Assembly: GCA_965112735.1 (NCBI GenBank)
Contig: OZ218959.1
Location: 3,286,001-3,350,000 of the forward strand
DNA: 64,000 nt
Reading direction: 5' to 3'
DNA from: Phaeosaccion multiseriatum
Lineage: Eukaryota > Protista > Ochrophyta, other classes
Positions 1-13,046 of this stretch are shown piece after piece (position 1 is the stretch's first letter; each line of letters opens with the position of its first letter). Under the pieces are notes generated by a model. The model had not been told where the DNA came from and ran no database searches. It saw only the letters and a list, made by a program, of their open reading frames with translations. A program made the translations under genes and the position numbers.

Positions 1-1922
1 TTGTGTTTAAGAGTGCGTGGCTTTGCCCTGGTCCCGCACGTCTGGCACACGGAACTAAATTCGCAAAATACAGACAGACACACGGAGCACACCCACGCCA
101 CCTCCACCACCTTGCGATGGCAGAAGCAAGCGGCTGTAAAGTCCACTGTGGCCTGGCGCCTTGTCTTCAGGTACTTGCGACAGCTCCGGGAAGGGAGGAA
201 GTTGGTAATCATCACCTGTAGCAGGCCCGTGCGCTGCGTCTGCGTGTACACACCGTCTACGAGCAGGGGCGGGAGGGGGGGGGGGAGGAGGGAGGGAGGA
301 AGGGAGGGAGGAAGTAAGGGAGGAAGGGAGGAAGGACGAGCAGGCAGAGGGTGCAGGGCCAGTTATGTCAGGGAGTCCCTCGGGCTATGTACGACAAGAG
401 GGACATTCCATGCGCCCGCAGCCTCTGCCAGCAGCGCCTGGCTGGGGATGGCGAAGAAGCATAGCAGCTTTACTCTCGGTCGGGATTGTCTCGCTTCACT
501 TACCAGTGAGGTATGCGGCCTGCTGCAGGAAGGTGGAGTGCTGACCCACAACCAAGCAGTCGACCATCATCTGCAGTGGTGTGCCATTTTTTTTAGGAAA
601 GAGTGTGGTTGGTGCCCAGAGGACGAAAGGGGAGGGTACATGTGTGTGTGAGAGAGAGAGAGAGAGAGAAAGGGGAAGAGGGAGAGAGAGAGAGGGAGAG
701 GGGGGGGGGGGGAGAGGGTGTCATTCATTCCAACAAAGGCGCGGATTGGTGGAACAAACGAACGGGCGGAGTCCTCCAAGCACCCACCCACCCACCTGAG
801 CCTTCTGCGCCGAGAAGATGCAGTTCATGATGGCGTTGTAGCCCTCGGGGTTGTCCTTGGCAGCCTGCACAAGGAGCACCCTCCCCTGCGTGGCCTTCAC
901 CTCTGAGAGCTTTCGATTAGCGTAGCACAACCCCTGGATGCCATTGATGTTATGGTTAGGGTTAGGGTTGGGTCCAAAAGGGGGAGGTCCAAGAGAGGGT
1001 GGTTGTGGTGTACAAGAGAGAAGAGAGTCACGTGTGCAGCCTGCGGGTCTGGATATTCGAATATTCCAGGCTCTATCTATCTATCTCTCTACCGATCCAT
1101 CTCTATCTATGGAAGAGGAAGGCATGGCATCGTTCTCTAGTACCTGCGAGAGGGCGCCGGCCAAGGCCGAGCCTTCCGACTCCATTGCGCCAGCGGGTCC
1201 TGAAAGGGAGAGAGGGAGGGAGGGTCAGGAGGGTGTAACCTGAGGGTGTTGCCAAAACAGACCAAGGAGCGGCGGAGGAGGAGGACAGACGAGGAGTTCC
1301 CAACCCTGCACACAATACACGCACACCTCCCCCGTCCCACCTGCAGAGAGTCGGGCGGAAGCCTCCGTCGACATGGCATGCAGGCCCTCGAACACGCTTG
1401 TGTGGAATTCCTCCTTGCTCACTTCCCCGTTGGCCAGTGTGCGACCCTGCCGCTCGAAGGAGGGGTGCGGATAGAGCATGAGATGACCGCTCTCCGTGGC
1501 CGCAATGAAGCACAGGTCGTTGCGGCGGTGCATGAGTAGGTAGGACTCGATGAATAGTAGCGTCGCGTTCAGCACCTCTTCGAATGTGGAGTGTGTGCCA
1601 TGGGGCAGGTCTAGCGGGGCGGATGCCGATTGCTGCCGAGCACGAGCACGACGAGAAAGAGGAGAGGGAAAGCAGGAAGCTGCGTTTACATCTTTCGGCC
1701 TCCCTCCCTCCCTCCCTCTCTCCCTCCCTCCCCCACAACTCCCTGTCCCTCCGTTCCCCCCGCCTTCGCTCTCCCCCTCTATTGTATCTCACTCACCTCT
1801 GCAGTGAGCGTCCCAGCATCTCTTCCGTCCTGCCAAGCCCTCACCGCCGCCCTTCTCTTCCAAACCGAGACGGAGACATCTACCACGACCACTAACAGCG
1901 AAGGATCTTCATCATCCGACAT
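1..1922 (-). CDS. GTF2H3: TFIIH subunit p34/Tfb4; 6 exons seen, 3' end runs off the window
   Basis: Spliced: MSDDEDPSLLVVVVD.. / ..FEEVLNATLLFIESYLLMHRRNDLCFIA.. / ..SALAGALSQ / GLCYANR..RVLLVQAAKDNPEGYNAIMNCIFSAQK / MMVDCLVVGQHSTFLQQAAYLT / ..VDFTAACFCHRKVVEVAWVCSVCLSVFCEFSSVCQTCG (C-terminal Zn finger). GT-AG junctions keep frame. Confidence 0.93.
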
Positions 1923-2147
1923 GCCGAGCAAGATAAGGTGTACTTATACTGTAAAAAAAAAAAGTACCCTTGTCCCGAGGTTGTAAACGAAGGGAGCAGT
2001 TGGTGGTCCGCACTGCCATTTGTGAGTAGATGGCAGCCAACGGTGAGGGGGCGGCTCGGCAGAGTGGGTGCTCTTTTCTTTGAGCCGAGGTTGTGTGGTG
2101 TGGTGTGTGCCCTTTAGCAGCACCTTCCAAACCACTCGTAGGAAACA
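1923..2147. promoter_or_regulatory. Putative bidirectional promoter GTF2H3/MMTAG2
   Basis: 225 bp between divergent ATGs; positional inference only. Confidence 0.55.
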
Positions 2148-3296
2148 TGAATGCCTATAGAACGGGCGGGACGAGGGGGGGGGCTGACCAGTTCAAGTGG
2201 GAAGATGTCAAGGCTGACCAGGTGAGTGATCCTCCGCAAAGTTTGCTCCCTTCGTCTTTCGCTTCTCTGACTCTCCCCCCCCCCGCCCCCCCCCCTGCAC
2301 GTTCTATCCCTATATGAGCAGTATCGAGAGAACTACTTGGGCCACAGGTACGGTGCGCCCTCTGCCATGGTGTTTATTCCAAAACTTGCCGTGCCAGACT
2401 TCGGTCTTGTGTTGGGACTGTCAGCTTTTGCCGCAATGCTTATACTTCAAACCCCCTCTCGCAGTGCGCCACCACTACCTCTGCACATGTTGCGCCTGTG
2501 TTGACATCTCTGTCTCTCTCTTTCTCTCGGCCCTCCTTCTGCTGATTGCTATTGTGTGCCCCCCAGCCTCATGGCTCCGACGGGGCGGTGGCAAAAGGGC
2601 AAGGATCTGCAGTGGTACATGAACAAAGGAGGGGATGAGGACGCCCAAGCGCGGGCCAAGAGGGAGCTCGACGAGCAGCGGCAAGCAGACGAGGACGCAA
2701 TCAACGAGGCACTAGGCCTGGCACCCAAGCGGGTCAAGACGTCGGAGCAGAGCCTGGACAAGGCGGAACTGCAGCAGCTGCTCGAGAGGGGCGCTACAGA
2801 GAGAGACGGGACGGACATCGAGCGGGTGTTTGGGTTGGGCGCGGCTCCGAGTAAGGCTCACGAGCATATTCCAAAGCTGTCCTTGAGGGAGAGGGAGCTA
2901 AAGAGACGGGAGCTGGAGGCATCGGGTGGGGGTAAGGTTGGGAACGAGGCGTTTGTGGAGGTGGTGAGTGAGAAGGAGGAGAGCAGGCGGAGAAGGAAGG
3001 AGAAGAAGAAGGCTAAAAAGAAGGAAAAAAAGGCCAAAAAGAAGGCCAAAAAAGAAGCCAAGAGGGAGAGGCGGGAGAAGGAGGGGGGGTCCAGCAGACG
3101 GAGGAGCAGGAAGGAAGAGGACAACAGCGACAGCAGTAGTGATGAGAGCGGTGATGGCAGTAAGAGCAGGAGCAGAAGCAGGAGTAGGGGGGCAAGGCGC
3201 GGGGGTGGAGAGGGACACAGGAAGAGAAGCAGGAGTCCCAGCAGAGACCGGCACAGCAGGGACCGGCACCACAGGTCGAAGCGATCGCGTTCTTAA
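2148..3296 (+). CDS. MMTAG2: MMTAG2/C1orf35-like protein with Lys- and Arg/Ser-rich tail; exons about 2148-2221, 2322-2347, 2567-3296
   Basis: GGTRGGADQFKWEDVKADQ/YRENYLGH/SLMAPTGRWQKGKDLQWY matches the conserved N-terminus of this family; followed by EDAINEALGL. Confidence 0.9.
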
Positions 3297-5271
3297 TTAC
3301 TCAAGTCAATGTTAAGCGTCCGTTCATGCTTTTCATTTGAGCTTCTTTCCTCTTTCTTTCCTCTACTGCTGCTGCTGCTGCTGCCATCGGCAACGCTAAC
3401 TACCAGGCGCCGGAGGGGCGGGTGGCGGGCCTCAGAGCAGCGGAGAGAGCCCCAAAGGAACATGTGCCCGTGGCAGTGCTGGCAGGCTGCAATGCTTCTG
3501 CGAGCCATCCGGTGCCATCTCTTCCAATCCAAAAGCGACACAAGCAATCGCGCTGCGCGATGTCGGACTCCGAAGCCCTGACTTCGCCATCCGCTGCCAT
3601 CACCCCCACCCCCCCCCGTCCACCGGCGACACTCTGGGACGATGCGATTGTTCAGTCCGCCGTACAATCATATTTTGTCTCTCGAGGGCACTTTGTATTC
3701 CTTTATGGTGTGACTACTCCAGCAGTCTGTGTGCGTGCTTCTCACCCCCTCTCCCCTCCTGGCTGCTGCCCACACGCCCGACTGCTCTACTCACACAAAC
3801 GGTCTCAAGTGCCCCTAAACTCCTGCTGCTACGCTTACAACATCCGCCCCCTTTTTATATAAAAATAAAATAAAGACACTTCCGTCCGGAGCCACTGAGC
3901 TATCCCCAGTGGGCCCTGCCAACCTTGCGACGTTTGCCACTGTTGCTTTTACTTCTTCAGCTCAGCCTGTGTGGCTGCGTGGGCGAGCGCCTCCTCATCA
4001 CACTCCCGAAACGCCTGCACATATTCTGAGCTTCGCCTTTCCCCGACGAGAATCAGGATGCGCCGTCGTGGAAAGGCGAAGCTCAGACTATGTTCAGGCG
4101 TTTCGGGAGTGTGATGAGGAGGCGCTCGCCCACGCAGCCAGGCAGGCTGAGCTGAAGACGTGAAAGCTCACCACCGCAGACCAAGAGAGCAACAGCAACG
4201 ACGGCAACAACGCACCCTCCACCTCCGTCTGCACGCCGCTCGACTTCCGGCGAGGTGTACTTACGACTCGTGTCCTCCCACAGCATGCGGGTCCACCTTG
4301 TAGTCATCATCGGCCCCCGGGCGTGCAGTGGTGAGCTTTCTGCAACTTCATTTCCCCCAAAAGAGGGATATGGGCTTTGCCTTCTGCACTCTCCTTTCCT
4401 TCATGGAGGGGCTCTTCGCCCTCTTTTTGGGGGCGATGCACTTGGGCATGGCATTGGAATGTTTGGCACTCGACAGTGGACATGCCGAAATGCATCGCCG
4501 TCAAAGAGAGGGCGAAGAGCCCAACCCGCTGTTTAAGTCCGTTGCTCGATAGCCCAGTCTCCGTGCCCGCACGCAGGCCAGTGGTCGTGAGGTTGCCCAA
4601 GGAAAGAGAACAGGGGGTTGTGCGCTCCGCGTCCACCTCCGCGCAGCATCAGCAGCCAGGAACTGAGGATTCTTTGTCCCGCCGTTGCGGGGTGCCCGCG
4701 GACCCCCCAATCCGTACATGTTGAGGTGAAGGTGTACACATCACGTGCAGATTTGGAGGTGATAAAAAGCAATGTGGTGCACCCCGCAACCGGAAAAGAG
4801 TCCTCAGCTGAGGGAAGGAAGGATCAGCAAAAGAACGACTCATAACAAAGAGGAGAGGAGACGAGAGGCAGGAGGAGAGGAGCGCCCACGGCCGTCCTAC
4901 TTCACTTCCCCTCATTCTCCTTGCTTTCTTGTTCCTCTCCTCCCTTCCTTTTGTGGTAAAAGGTACTTGTGGACATGAAAAGGGCTCGATTTACGTAACA
5001 TTACGTGCCCTGACGCTGACTTTTTTTTCTTTTTCTCTCCTTTCCCCCCCTTGGGGTTGTGTATGCAATGCTATGTACACAGAAAGGTGCAAGTCACCCT
5101 TTAGGCCCCTCCTTACCCCCCCCCCTCTCTCTCTCTCAGTTATTAGCACATGTCTGGGGGGGACGTTGCTCCTGAGCTCACTGCCGTGGACTGCCGTGGA
5201 AGCGCACGGTTGCCACCAGTCTGGAGACTAAGGTAGATAAAACTCTCTCTTCCGGTCTTATATATTCTGTA

Positions 5272-5740
5272 CTACACCCTTACGTGCCATTTATGGGTTG
5301 TCTAAAAGTCGCGTCTCACCGCCCCGGGGAACTTAGCCCCCGAGGTCATATCCCTTCATCGGGATATACAGCCAGAACCCTGAGTCGAATCGAGCGTTCG
5401 TGCCGGGCTCTCTGGAGCGCCACTGCCAATCGCCTCTGTATGACGCAAACAGCTCGTGCGTAAGCCCTCAGCCATGTCCAGGTGTTGGTGCCCCTTCGTC
5501 CCCCCCAGCCATGCGGGTGACGGACCATATGCTCCTTGCGGTTCCATCCCGAAAGGTACCAGATGGTACCTCGTGGGTTCATAGTGCATGTCTCCACCCT
5601 CTCCTTCCATGCTTCCCTTGGAACCCCATACTTGGTTCGCTTCGTTGCTTCCGCCTTCTTGCATGCCGCGAGTGCCTCCTCCGCGCTTTGGCCCCTTGCA
5701 GTGGCGTCACAACGGGCGCACACGCCGCCACTCTCCCTCT
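5272..5740 (-). mobile_element. 5'-truncated, frameshifted non-LTR retrotransposon remnant (restriction-like endonuclease C-terminus, CRE-like)
   Basis: Across frames reads AACKKAEATKRTKYG..YHLVPFGMEPQGAYGPS..RRLAVALQRAR, the KxxKY / PxxxExxGxxG signature of RLE elements. A related copy lies at 28265-28583 and shares the 3' UTR (GGTTGTCTAAAAGT..CGTCTCACCGCC..GGAACTTAGCCCC on +). Confidence 0.75.
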
Positions 5741-5869
5741 CTCTCTTCCTATCTCTGCAGCTCGAGCCGAAGCTACAGATGTCGCTCCCCCCCACCCTGG
5801 GCAGCCGGTGGAAGGGAGGCCATCAGCTGCCACCCCAGACCGTGTCTTGAGGCTTCCATCGGCTGCCAT

Positions 5870-8800
5870 CTACTCGTACTGCTCCTCTCCGCTGGGAGCG
5901 TTGCTGAGCATGTTGAAGGCCCCCCGCACCCTCCGCTTGAAGGCCTTCTTCTTGTCAGGGCTCCACTCGCTAGGGGCCAAGCGCACGTGTCTGGGGAGGG
6001 AGAGGAGGAGGAGGAGGAGGAGGACGAGAAGGGTACGAGAAGGGCACGAGAAGGGCGGGTCAGAGGGAGCGATACCGTCTCGGGATGAGGAGCGCACTCT
6101 GTAACGAACGGAGCAGAGGAGGCAGTCAGGTACAATGGGAGGGGAGGAAGGAGAGGAGAGGAGAGGAGAAGAGAAGAGAGGAGAGGAGAAGAGAGGAGAG
6201 AGGAGGGGAAGGAGGAGGAAGAGAGGAGGAGGGGAAGGAGGAGGAAGAGAGGAGAGGAGAGGAGAGGAGAGGAGAGGAGAGGAGAGGAGAGGAGAGGAGA
6301 GGGGAGAGGAGAAGAGAGGAGAGGAGAGGAGGAGGAGAGGGGAGCGAAGAGGAAAGGAGAGGAAAGGAGAGACACGAGCCGTCTCACCTCTTGAGGAAGA
6401 GCATGATGTTATCCCTCACAAGGGCATGGCCATTCGCTGCGCTGTTGCCTCCCTCTTCGGGGAAGGGCTCGTCGTCCATGCCTCCAAACCCTCCTAAAGC
6501 ACTGCTGCCACTGATCCGCTCGAACACAGCCAGGCAGCGGGAGTCAGTGCTCCTCGTGCTCTGTTTGCTGTGCTTGTCACCGCTGTTCTTGCCGCTTTTC
6601 TTCTTCTTGTTGAGGTTGTTGTTCTCGCTGCTTGTCGAGGAGGTGGCAAGGGTGCCTTCGTCTGTGAAAAGGACGTGAAACATGACCTGTGTATTGATTG
6701 AAACACACACATACAGAGAGAGAGAAGAAGAGGAAGAAGAAGAAAAGAGTAGAGTCAAAACGGCGCAGCAGTGCAGAGTCGGAGCATTCATTCCTTCCTT
6801 CTTCAAGAGAGGGCGTGGCAGCTGAGTAGAGGCAGAACAGCAGTCTGCCTTCCTTCCTTTCTCCCTTCCCTACGTCTGACGGAGGGCATGTGGACCGCCC
6901 GAGCGAGTATCTGACTGGGGGAGGGAGGAGGGAGGAGGTCACAAAGCTCGACACTGCTGCCCTGCCCCCCTCCTTCAGCACATGATCACCCTCGATCACC
7001 TACCTTAAAGAAGAGCACGCCGGAGGGCTCGAGCTGCGCCATGTCAACCACCTAAGCAGAGGCGTATGGGCAGAGCAGCAGAGTAGAGGCATACGGGCGG
7101 CGCAGCAGAGCAGCAGAGGAGGTCGGTCACTGGGGCTGCGGGCAAAAGGAAAGGAAAGGAAGCGGCGGCCTTGGAGGGGAAAGAACTGAAATTCAAACCT
7201 ACCTTGAGCATGCCCAGGCTGAGGGACTTGTCGAGGAGGAGGTGCGCAAGCATACGGGCCAGATTGGCGGCCTGGCGGGGGGGCATGTCCTGGAACTGTT
7301 TGAAGGAGTCCCAGAAGGAGAGCTGGCACGTGAAGCGAAAGTCATTCACTTCCTCCATGAAGCGAGAGGTCAGGAGGGTGTAGAACGGGTTGAACACGCG
7401 CTCCTGTAGAGGGAGGGAGAGGGAGAGAGTGAGTGATTGAGTGAATGGTGATTGAGTAAGGGAGGAAGGGAGTGAGTCAATGGGTGAGTGAGTGAGTGAG
7501 TGAGTGAGTGAGTGAGTGAGTGAGTGAGTGAGTGAGTGAGTGAGTGAGTGAGTGAGTGAGTGAGTGAGTGAATGAGTGAATGATTGAGTGAGCGGTGATT
7601 GAGTAAGGGAGGAAGGGAGTGAGTGAATGAGTGAGTGAATGAGTGAGTGAATGAGTGAATGAATGAGTGAGGGAGTGAGTAAGTGAGTGAGTGAGTGAGT
7701 GAGTGAGTGAGTGAGTGAGTGAGTGAGTGAATGAGTGAGTGAGTGCGTGAGTGAGTGCGTGAGTGAGTGAGTAAGTGAGCGAGTGAATGAGTGAGTGAGT
7801 GAGTCCTCACCTGCCCGCAGCAGTGCAAAAGGACCCGGGCGATCTCTCTTTGCTGCTTGCCCTTGAGACTGAGCCCCTGCAGCCGCTGGAAAGCGTCCTC
7901 GAAGTCGCTGCTGCTCAAAGGAGAAGCGGTCAGGGATAGGGGTAAGGGTGTCGGGGGTCGAGGGTCAGCGGTCATCCAATCGATCAATCAACCATGGCCA
8001 TAGAGAGTGCCCATGGAGTACCATCCATTGATCAACCATCGACTGCCATCGAGCTAAGCCAGCACTGCCGGTCTGCCTGCCTGCCTGCCTGCCTTCAGCA
8101 CGGCACCGCACCGCACCTAACCTGGACATAACAGCCACAAAGATGGCCTTGCGCACATCAGTGTTCATCCTCTGCTTTGCGGCCAGTTCCAGCAGTCTGT
8201 CTCCCTCCCCCTTGGTCCCCGCTTTGGCCGCCTTGGTTGCTCCCCCTCGTCCCTCCCCCTCCTTGGAGCCGGGGCCGGGTCCCTTGCTTGCAGTTTTCCC
8301 TGCTGAAACGTCTCCTTTGCTCGCTGCTCCGGCGGCGCTGAGTCGGCCTTCCCAAGCTGCGCCCACTCTCCACCATCTCCCCTTGCTCTCGCTGTTGATC
8401 AAGTCTTCCCAGCTGATCCGCAGCGCAGAGTCGCCTGGGGGAGGGAGGGAGGGAGGGAGGGAGGGAGGCGGGCAGCACCACAGGTAGTGTCAGCATGTGG
8501 GAAAAGGTCAAGGACTGGCGTAGCAGGAACAGGCTCAAAGTCAAAAGGGCATCTTGCCGGGCACAGAGAGCAACTAGCTCTCTCCCCCTCTCTTGCCCAC
8601 TACTCGTCTCTCGCTCTCTCTCTCCCTCCCTCCCCCTCACTCTCCCTCTCTCTCTCCGTCTCTCCCTTTCTCTCCCTTCCCCCCTCCTCCATGCCTACCT
8701 GAGGCAGTGATGCCCTGCATGTCCGTCCTCTTGAGGCGAGTCACCCACTTGCGCAGCTCGCGCGTCTTGTCGCCCATCTGTGAGGAAAATGGATGGATGA

Positions 8801-11800
8801 TGTGTGAGCGGTTCGTGAGGAGGGGGAGGAGAACGGGGAGGAGGAGGAGGAGGAGGAGGAGGGGGAGGAGGAGGAGGAGGAGGAGGAGGAGGAGGAGGAG
8901 GAGGAAGGGAGGAGAGCGGGTAGATGGAGACAGGGGAGGAAGAGGGTCGCTGGCTGACTGAATGTCTGTGTGCCTGCCTGTGTGTATGACTGACTGCCTG
9001 ACTGCCTCACTACCTGCCTGCCTGACCTGTTGCTGCGCCTGTCGCTTCTTGTTGGCCTTAAGGCTGGTGATGGTGTCGAGCATGAAGCGGATGCGCGTGC
9101 TGAAGGGAACCTCCGCCTCCAGCGCCTCCTAAGAGAGGTATATGGGCAGGCAAGAGCAGGATAGAGGTGTATGGGCAGCGCAGGGCAGGGTAGGACGGCA
9201 TGGGCACGGCAGAGGTATATGAGCAGAGAAGGGAAAGAGGTGTATGGGCAGGATAGAGGCATATGGGCAGAGCAGGGCAGTAGGGCCGAGAGAGGGGAGG
9301 AGGGAGAGAGTCAAGCACGGCTCGGAAACGGGAGAGAAGAGGAGGGCCCGTTGCCGGGCAAGCTTTTACTGTTAGAAAGTCTGTGGACACTGACCGCAGC
9401 TTTGTCCTTGACCATGGCGATTATCTCTCGGAGGCTGTCGGGGTCGTCCCCTCTCAGCTGCTGCCCGCAGTGGATCAGGAGGAGCAGCAGCAGCTCCACA
9501 TCGACCTGTAGCAGGCAGAGAGAGAGAGAGAGGCGTATAGCATAGCATAGGCATTTAGAGAGCGGGAGGGGGAGAGAGGAAGGGAGAGATAGAGAGAGGG
9601 AGGAGGTGAGAAAGAAAGAGAGAGATAGAGAGATGGAGGGAGGGGAAGGGAGGGGTGAGACAAAGAGACGATAAATCCCTGCCGCGAAGGGAGGCAGCAA
9701 TAGCAGCGGCAGCAGTTCGTGATACAGCAGCAGAGGGCCTCGCACGAGGAGAGGCAAAGCAAAGCCAAGCCAAGCCAAGCCAAGCCAAGCCAAACAAGCG
9801 GCGGGGCCGGTCTGGGCTGTCTGCGAGAAGAGGAGGAAGGACGCACGCACGCACGAACGAGATGAGTCTACGCACCTCTCTGAAGCGCTGAATGAGCAGG
9901 CGCACGAGGCCGTAGACGAGATGGCAGTGCACGGTGCCGAAGTTGTAGAGGTAGCCCAGTAGCAGTAGCAGGTTGGCAGCAGCTGCGCCTCCCCGGGGGG
10001 TCTCTTGGGCGGCCATGGCTGATGGGTTGGTGGGTGGAGCCGGAGCGGGCAAGCGAGCGAGGGGGCGGTGAAGGTCGAGGTGGGCGTGCGTGCGTGCGTG
10101 CGTGCGTGTGCTTGTGCGTTTGCTTGAGCGTGTGCACCTTTTTCTCGTTGTTCCCCTATACCCTTTACGCTAACCCTATACCCTGCATATTAGATATATT
10201 ATTACCCTGACCAACCTGTATGAAGCTTGGTGGCAAGTGCCTCCAAGTAATCCCCACCCACTCCATTTCCCATCACCTGCACCAGCCCCGCCAGCAGGGC
10301 AGCGTAGGTAGGGATGAGGGTAGCCATGCTCTGACGCTCGTGCACGCACACCCCACACACTCCTCCGAGAAGCACTGCCGTCACCTCTGCAGATGAGTTC
10401 TGTCTGTACACCGCTACGAGCTCCTTGGCAACGGGGTCCAGGGAGGCGGACGTGAGGCGATTCAGGGCAGAGTTGATCTGTCTACGGAGCTGAGGGGAGG
10501 CGGAGGTGGAGGTGGTGGGTGGTGCTTTTCCGCCCGCTGAGGGGTCGAGAGGCTGGGGGCCTGTTGAGAGGACGAGGGGTGGTTGAGGTAAAGAGGGGAG
10601 ATTGATGGACAGATGAGGTACAGGAGAGAGGGATTGGGGGACAGGCAGTGGGTTGGGGTAGGGTTATGGGGGGGGCACGAACGAAATCATCGAGATGAGA
10701 GAGAGAGGGAGAGAGGGGGGGGGGGGGAGAGGGAGAGGGAGAGACAGGGAAAGAGAGGGGGAGAAGGAGAGAGAGAGAGAGCACCACACCACACCACACT
10801 ACACCACACCACACCACACCACACTACACCACACCACACCACACCACACCACACTACACCACACTACACTACACCACACCACACCACACTACACCACACC
10901 ATACCACACTACACCACACTACACCACACCACACCACACCACACCACCACCACACCACACCACACCACACTACACCACACCACACTACGCCACATCACAC
11001 CACACTACACCACATCACACCACACTACACCACACCACACCACACCACACCACACCCACACACCACACCACACCCACACACCACACCACACCACATCACA
11101 CCACATCACACTACACCACACCACACCACACCACACCCACACACCACACCACACCACATCACACCACACCACACTACACCACACCACACCACCACACCAC
11201 ACCACACTACACCACACCACACTACACCACACTACACCACACCACACCACCACACCACACCACACTACACCACACCACACTACACCACACTACACTATAC
11301 CACATCACACTACACCACACCACACCACACTACACCACACCACACCACACCACACCACACCACACTACACCACACCACACCATACCACACCACACCACAC
11401 CACACTACACTACACTACGCCACACCACACCACACCACACTACGCCACACCACACCACACCACACTACACCACACCACACTACACCACACCACACCACAC
11501 CACACCACACCACACCACACCACACCACACCATACCACACCACAGAACACCACACTACACCACACCACACCACACCACACCACACCACACCACACCACAC
11601 CACACCACACGAGGACACGAGGCCCATGAGGCGGCTCGCTCCTCGCGTACCCACCTGCTCCTGCGCTGCCCCCGCCGCCGGTGTTGGCCCCCCTGAGATG
11701 CGGCGGTACATACTTGGCGGGCGGTCCGTCTTTCACCACCTCTCCCGTGGCTCGGCCATAGATGTCCTGCCCCTTGCTGGGGCCATACACTACCGTGTCA

Positions 11801-12879
11801 CCAGTCTCTTCTTCCTCCAGCCCCTCCTCTTGCTCCTCGTCGCTGGAGTTTCTGTCTCCTTCCTCGTCCTCCTCCTCTTCATCATCATCATCATCACCAT
11901 CGTCGTCACCCTCATCGTCTTCTTCCTCCTCCTCTTCTTCCTCTTTGTCCTCCCCCTCCTCTTCCTCCTCCTCGTCCTCCTCCTCTTGTTCTTCTTCCTC
12001 GCCTCTCTTCTTCTGGGCACGAGCCTTCTTCAGCTCTACTTCCTTATCCCCAGTCGCTTCATCCTCATCGCTACCATCGTCATCATCACTCTCCTCCTCC
12101 TCCTCCTCCTCCTCCTCCTTATCACCCTCCTCCTCCCCCTCCTCCTCCTCCTCCTCCCCCTCCTCCCCCCCCTCACCCTCCTCATCCTCGCTCTCGTCCT
12201 CGCCAAAAAAGTCCAGCGTATCATCTAGTCCTCCATGCCCATCCTTGAATCCCCCTTCAACAAAGCCCTCCTCTTCGCTATCCTCATCGAACTCCTCCTC
12301 ACCAAACTCATTCACAACCGCCGCTTTCCGCCCCTGTTTCTTGCTTCCCGCTTTTCTTCTCCCGTCCTCCTCCTTCCACCACTCACTATCCATGTCATCT
12401 AGGTCTCTCAGAAAGTTTCCAAATCCCATTCCCAGTCCATCTTCCATCTTCAGTTCCTTGTCGAGCTTAGAGCTCTTCCCGCCCTTCACTCCCAGGAGTT
12501 TCTCCAGCCTTTCAATGTCCCTTTGCTCTGCATCAATCATAGGATCAGAAGCAGGGACCATCTGCGAGGCTTTGGGCCGCTTTTTTTTTCCCTCTTCCAT
12601 CTTTTTCAAGGCAGACGTGCCTCCTCCGGCCTTTCCCTTTCTCTTGCTCACCCTCTCTGTCTCCTCCTGCCCTTCCTCCACATCCTCGCTCTCGCTCTTC
12701 TGTCGCTTTCTCTTTCTCTTCTTATGGACGACGGGCTGCGCCTCTTGCACGGCATCCTTGGCCCTCTTGCTGCCGCCAATTGCTTTGGCACTTGACTTTC
12801 TTTCGTTACTCAGCTGCTTCTTCTGCTTGGCGAGGAGCTTTGCAGCCTTCCGCATGTCCTTTCTGCCCAGCGGCTTCAT
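5870..12879 (-). CDS. NOM1: Nucleolar MIF4G/MA3 domain protein NOM1/Sgd1 (multi-exon)
   Basis: Basic then acidic N-terminus; KYVPPHLR; INSALNRLT; LGYLYNFGTVHCHLVYGLV; DVELLLLLLIHCGQQLRGDDP; RIRFMLDTI; ISWEDL..KGRWWRVGAAW; LAAKQRMNTDVRKAIF; DFEDAFQRL..QREIARVLLHCCGQE..FNPFY; stop TAG at 5870-5872. Confidence 0.93.
7428..7804. repeat. (GAGT)n microsatellite in a NOM1 intron; sense (ACTC)n
   Basis: Directly visible. Confidence 0.95.
10783..11610. repeat. (CACAC/CTACA)n pentamer microsatellite in NOM1 intron 1
   Basis: Directly visible, about 830 bp. Confidence 0.95.
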
Positions 12880-13046
12880 TTCCCTCCAAGGCGGCAGGGG
12901 GTCGGCGGCGGCGATGGCGCAGCCACAGTAAAGGGTCGTCGAACCTGTGAGAAACACCACCAACTGGCATGCCTAGCGGTTAAGAGGGGGCCGGGGCGAA
13001 ATGATAGAACAAAAATGATAGAGCCAAGGTTAAAACAGAACGAAGC
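12880..13046. promoter_or_regulatory. Putative bidirectional promoter NOM1/copine-like
   Basis: 167 bp between inferred divergent ATGs. Confidence 0.5.

Noticed and set aside
955-973. TTAGGG x2 telomere-like motif; also (TACCC)n at 58340 and (TTAGC)n at 52928
   Set aside because: Too short or a different unit, and all intronic; not evidence of a telomere.
10613-11696. Long His/Thr-rich ORFs, and similar [12 protein letters not shown] and QTDR repeat ORFs elsewhere
   Set aside because: They are translations of intronic microsatellites lying between valid GT-AG junctions of recognisable genes.
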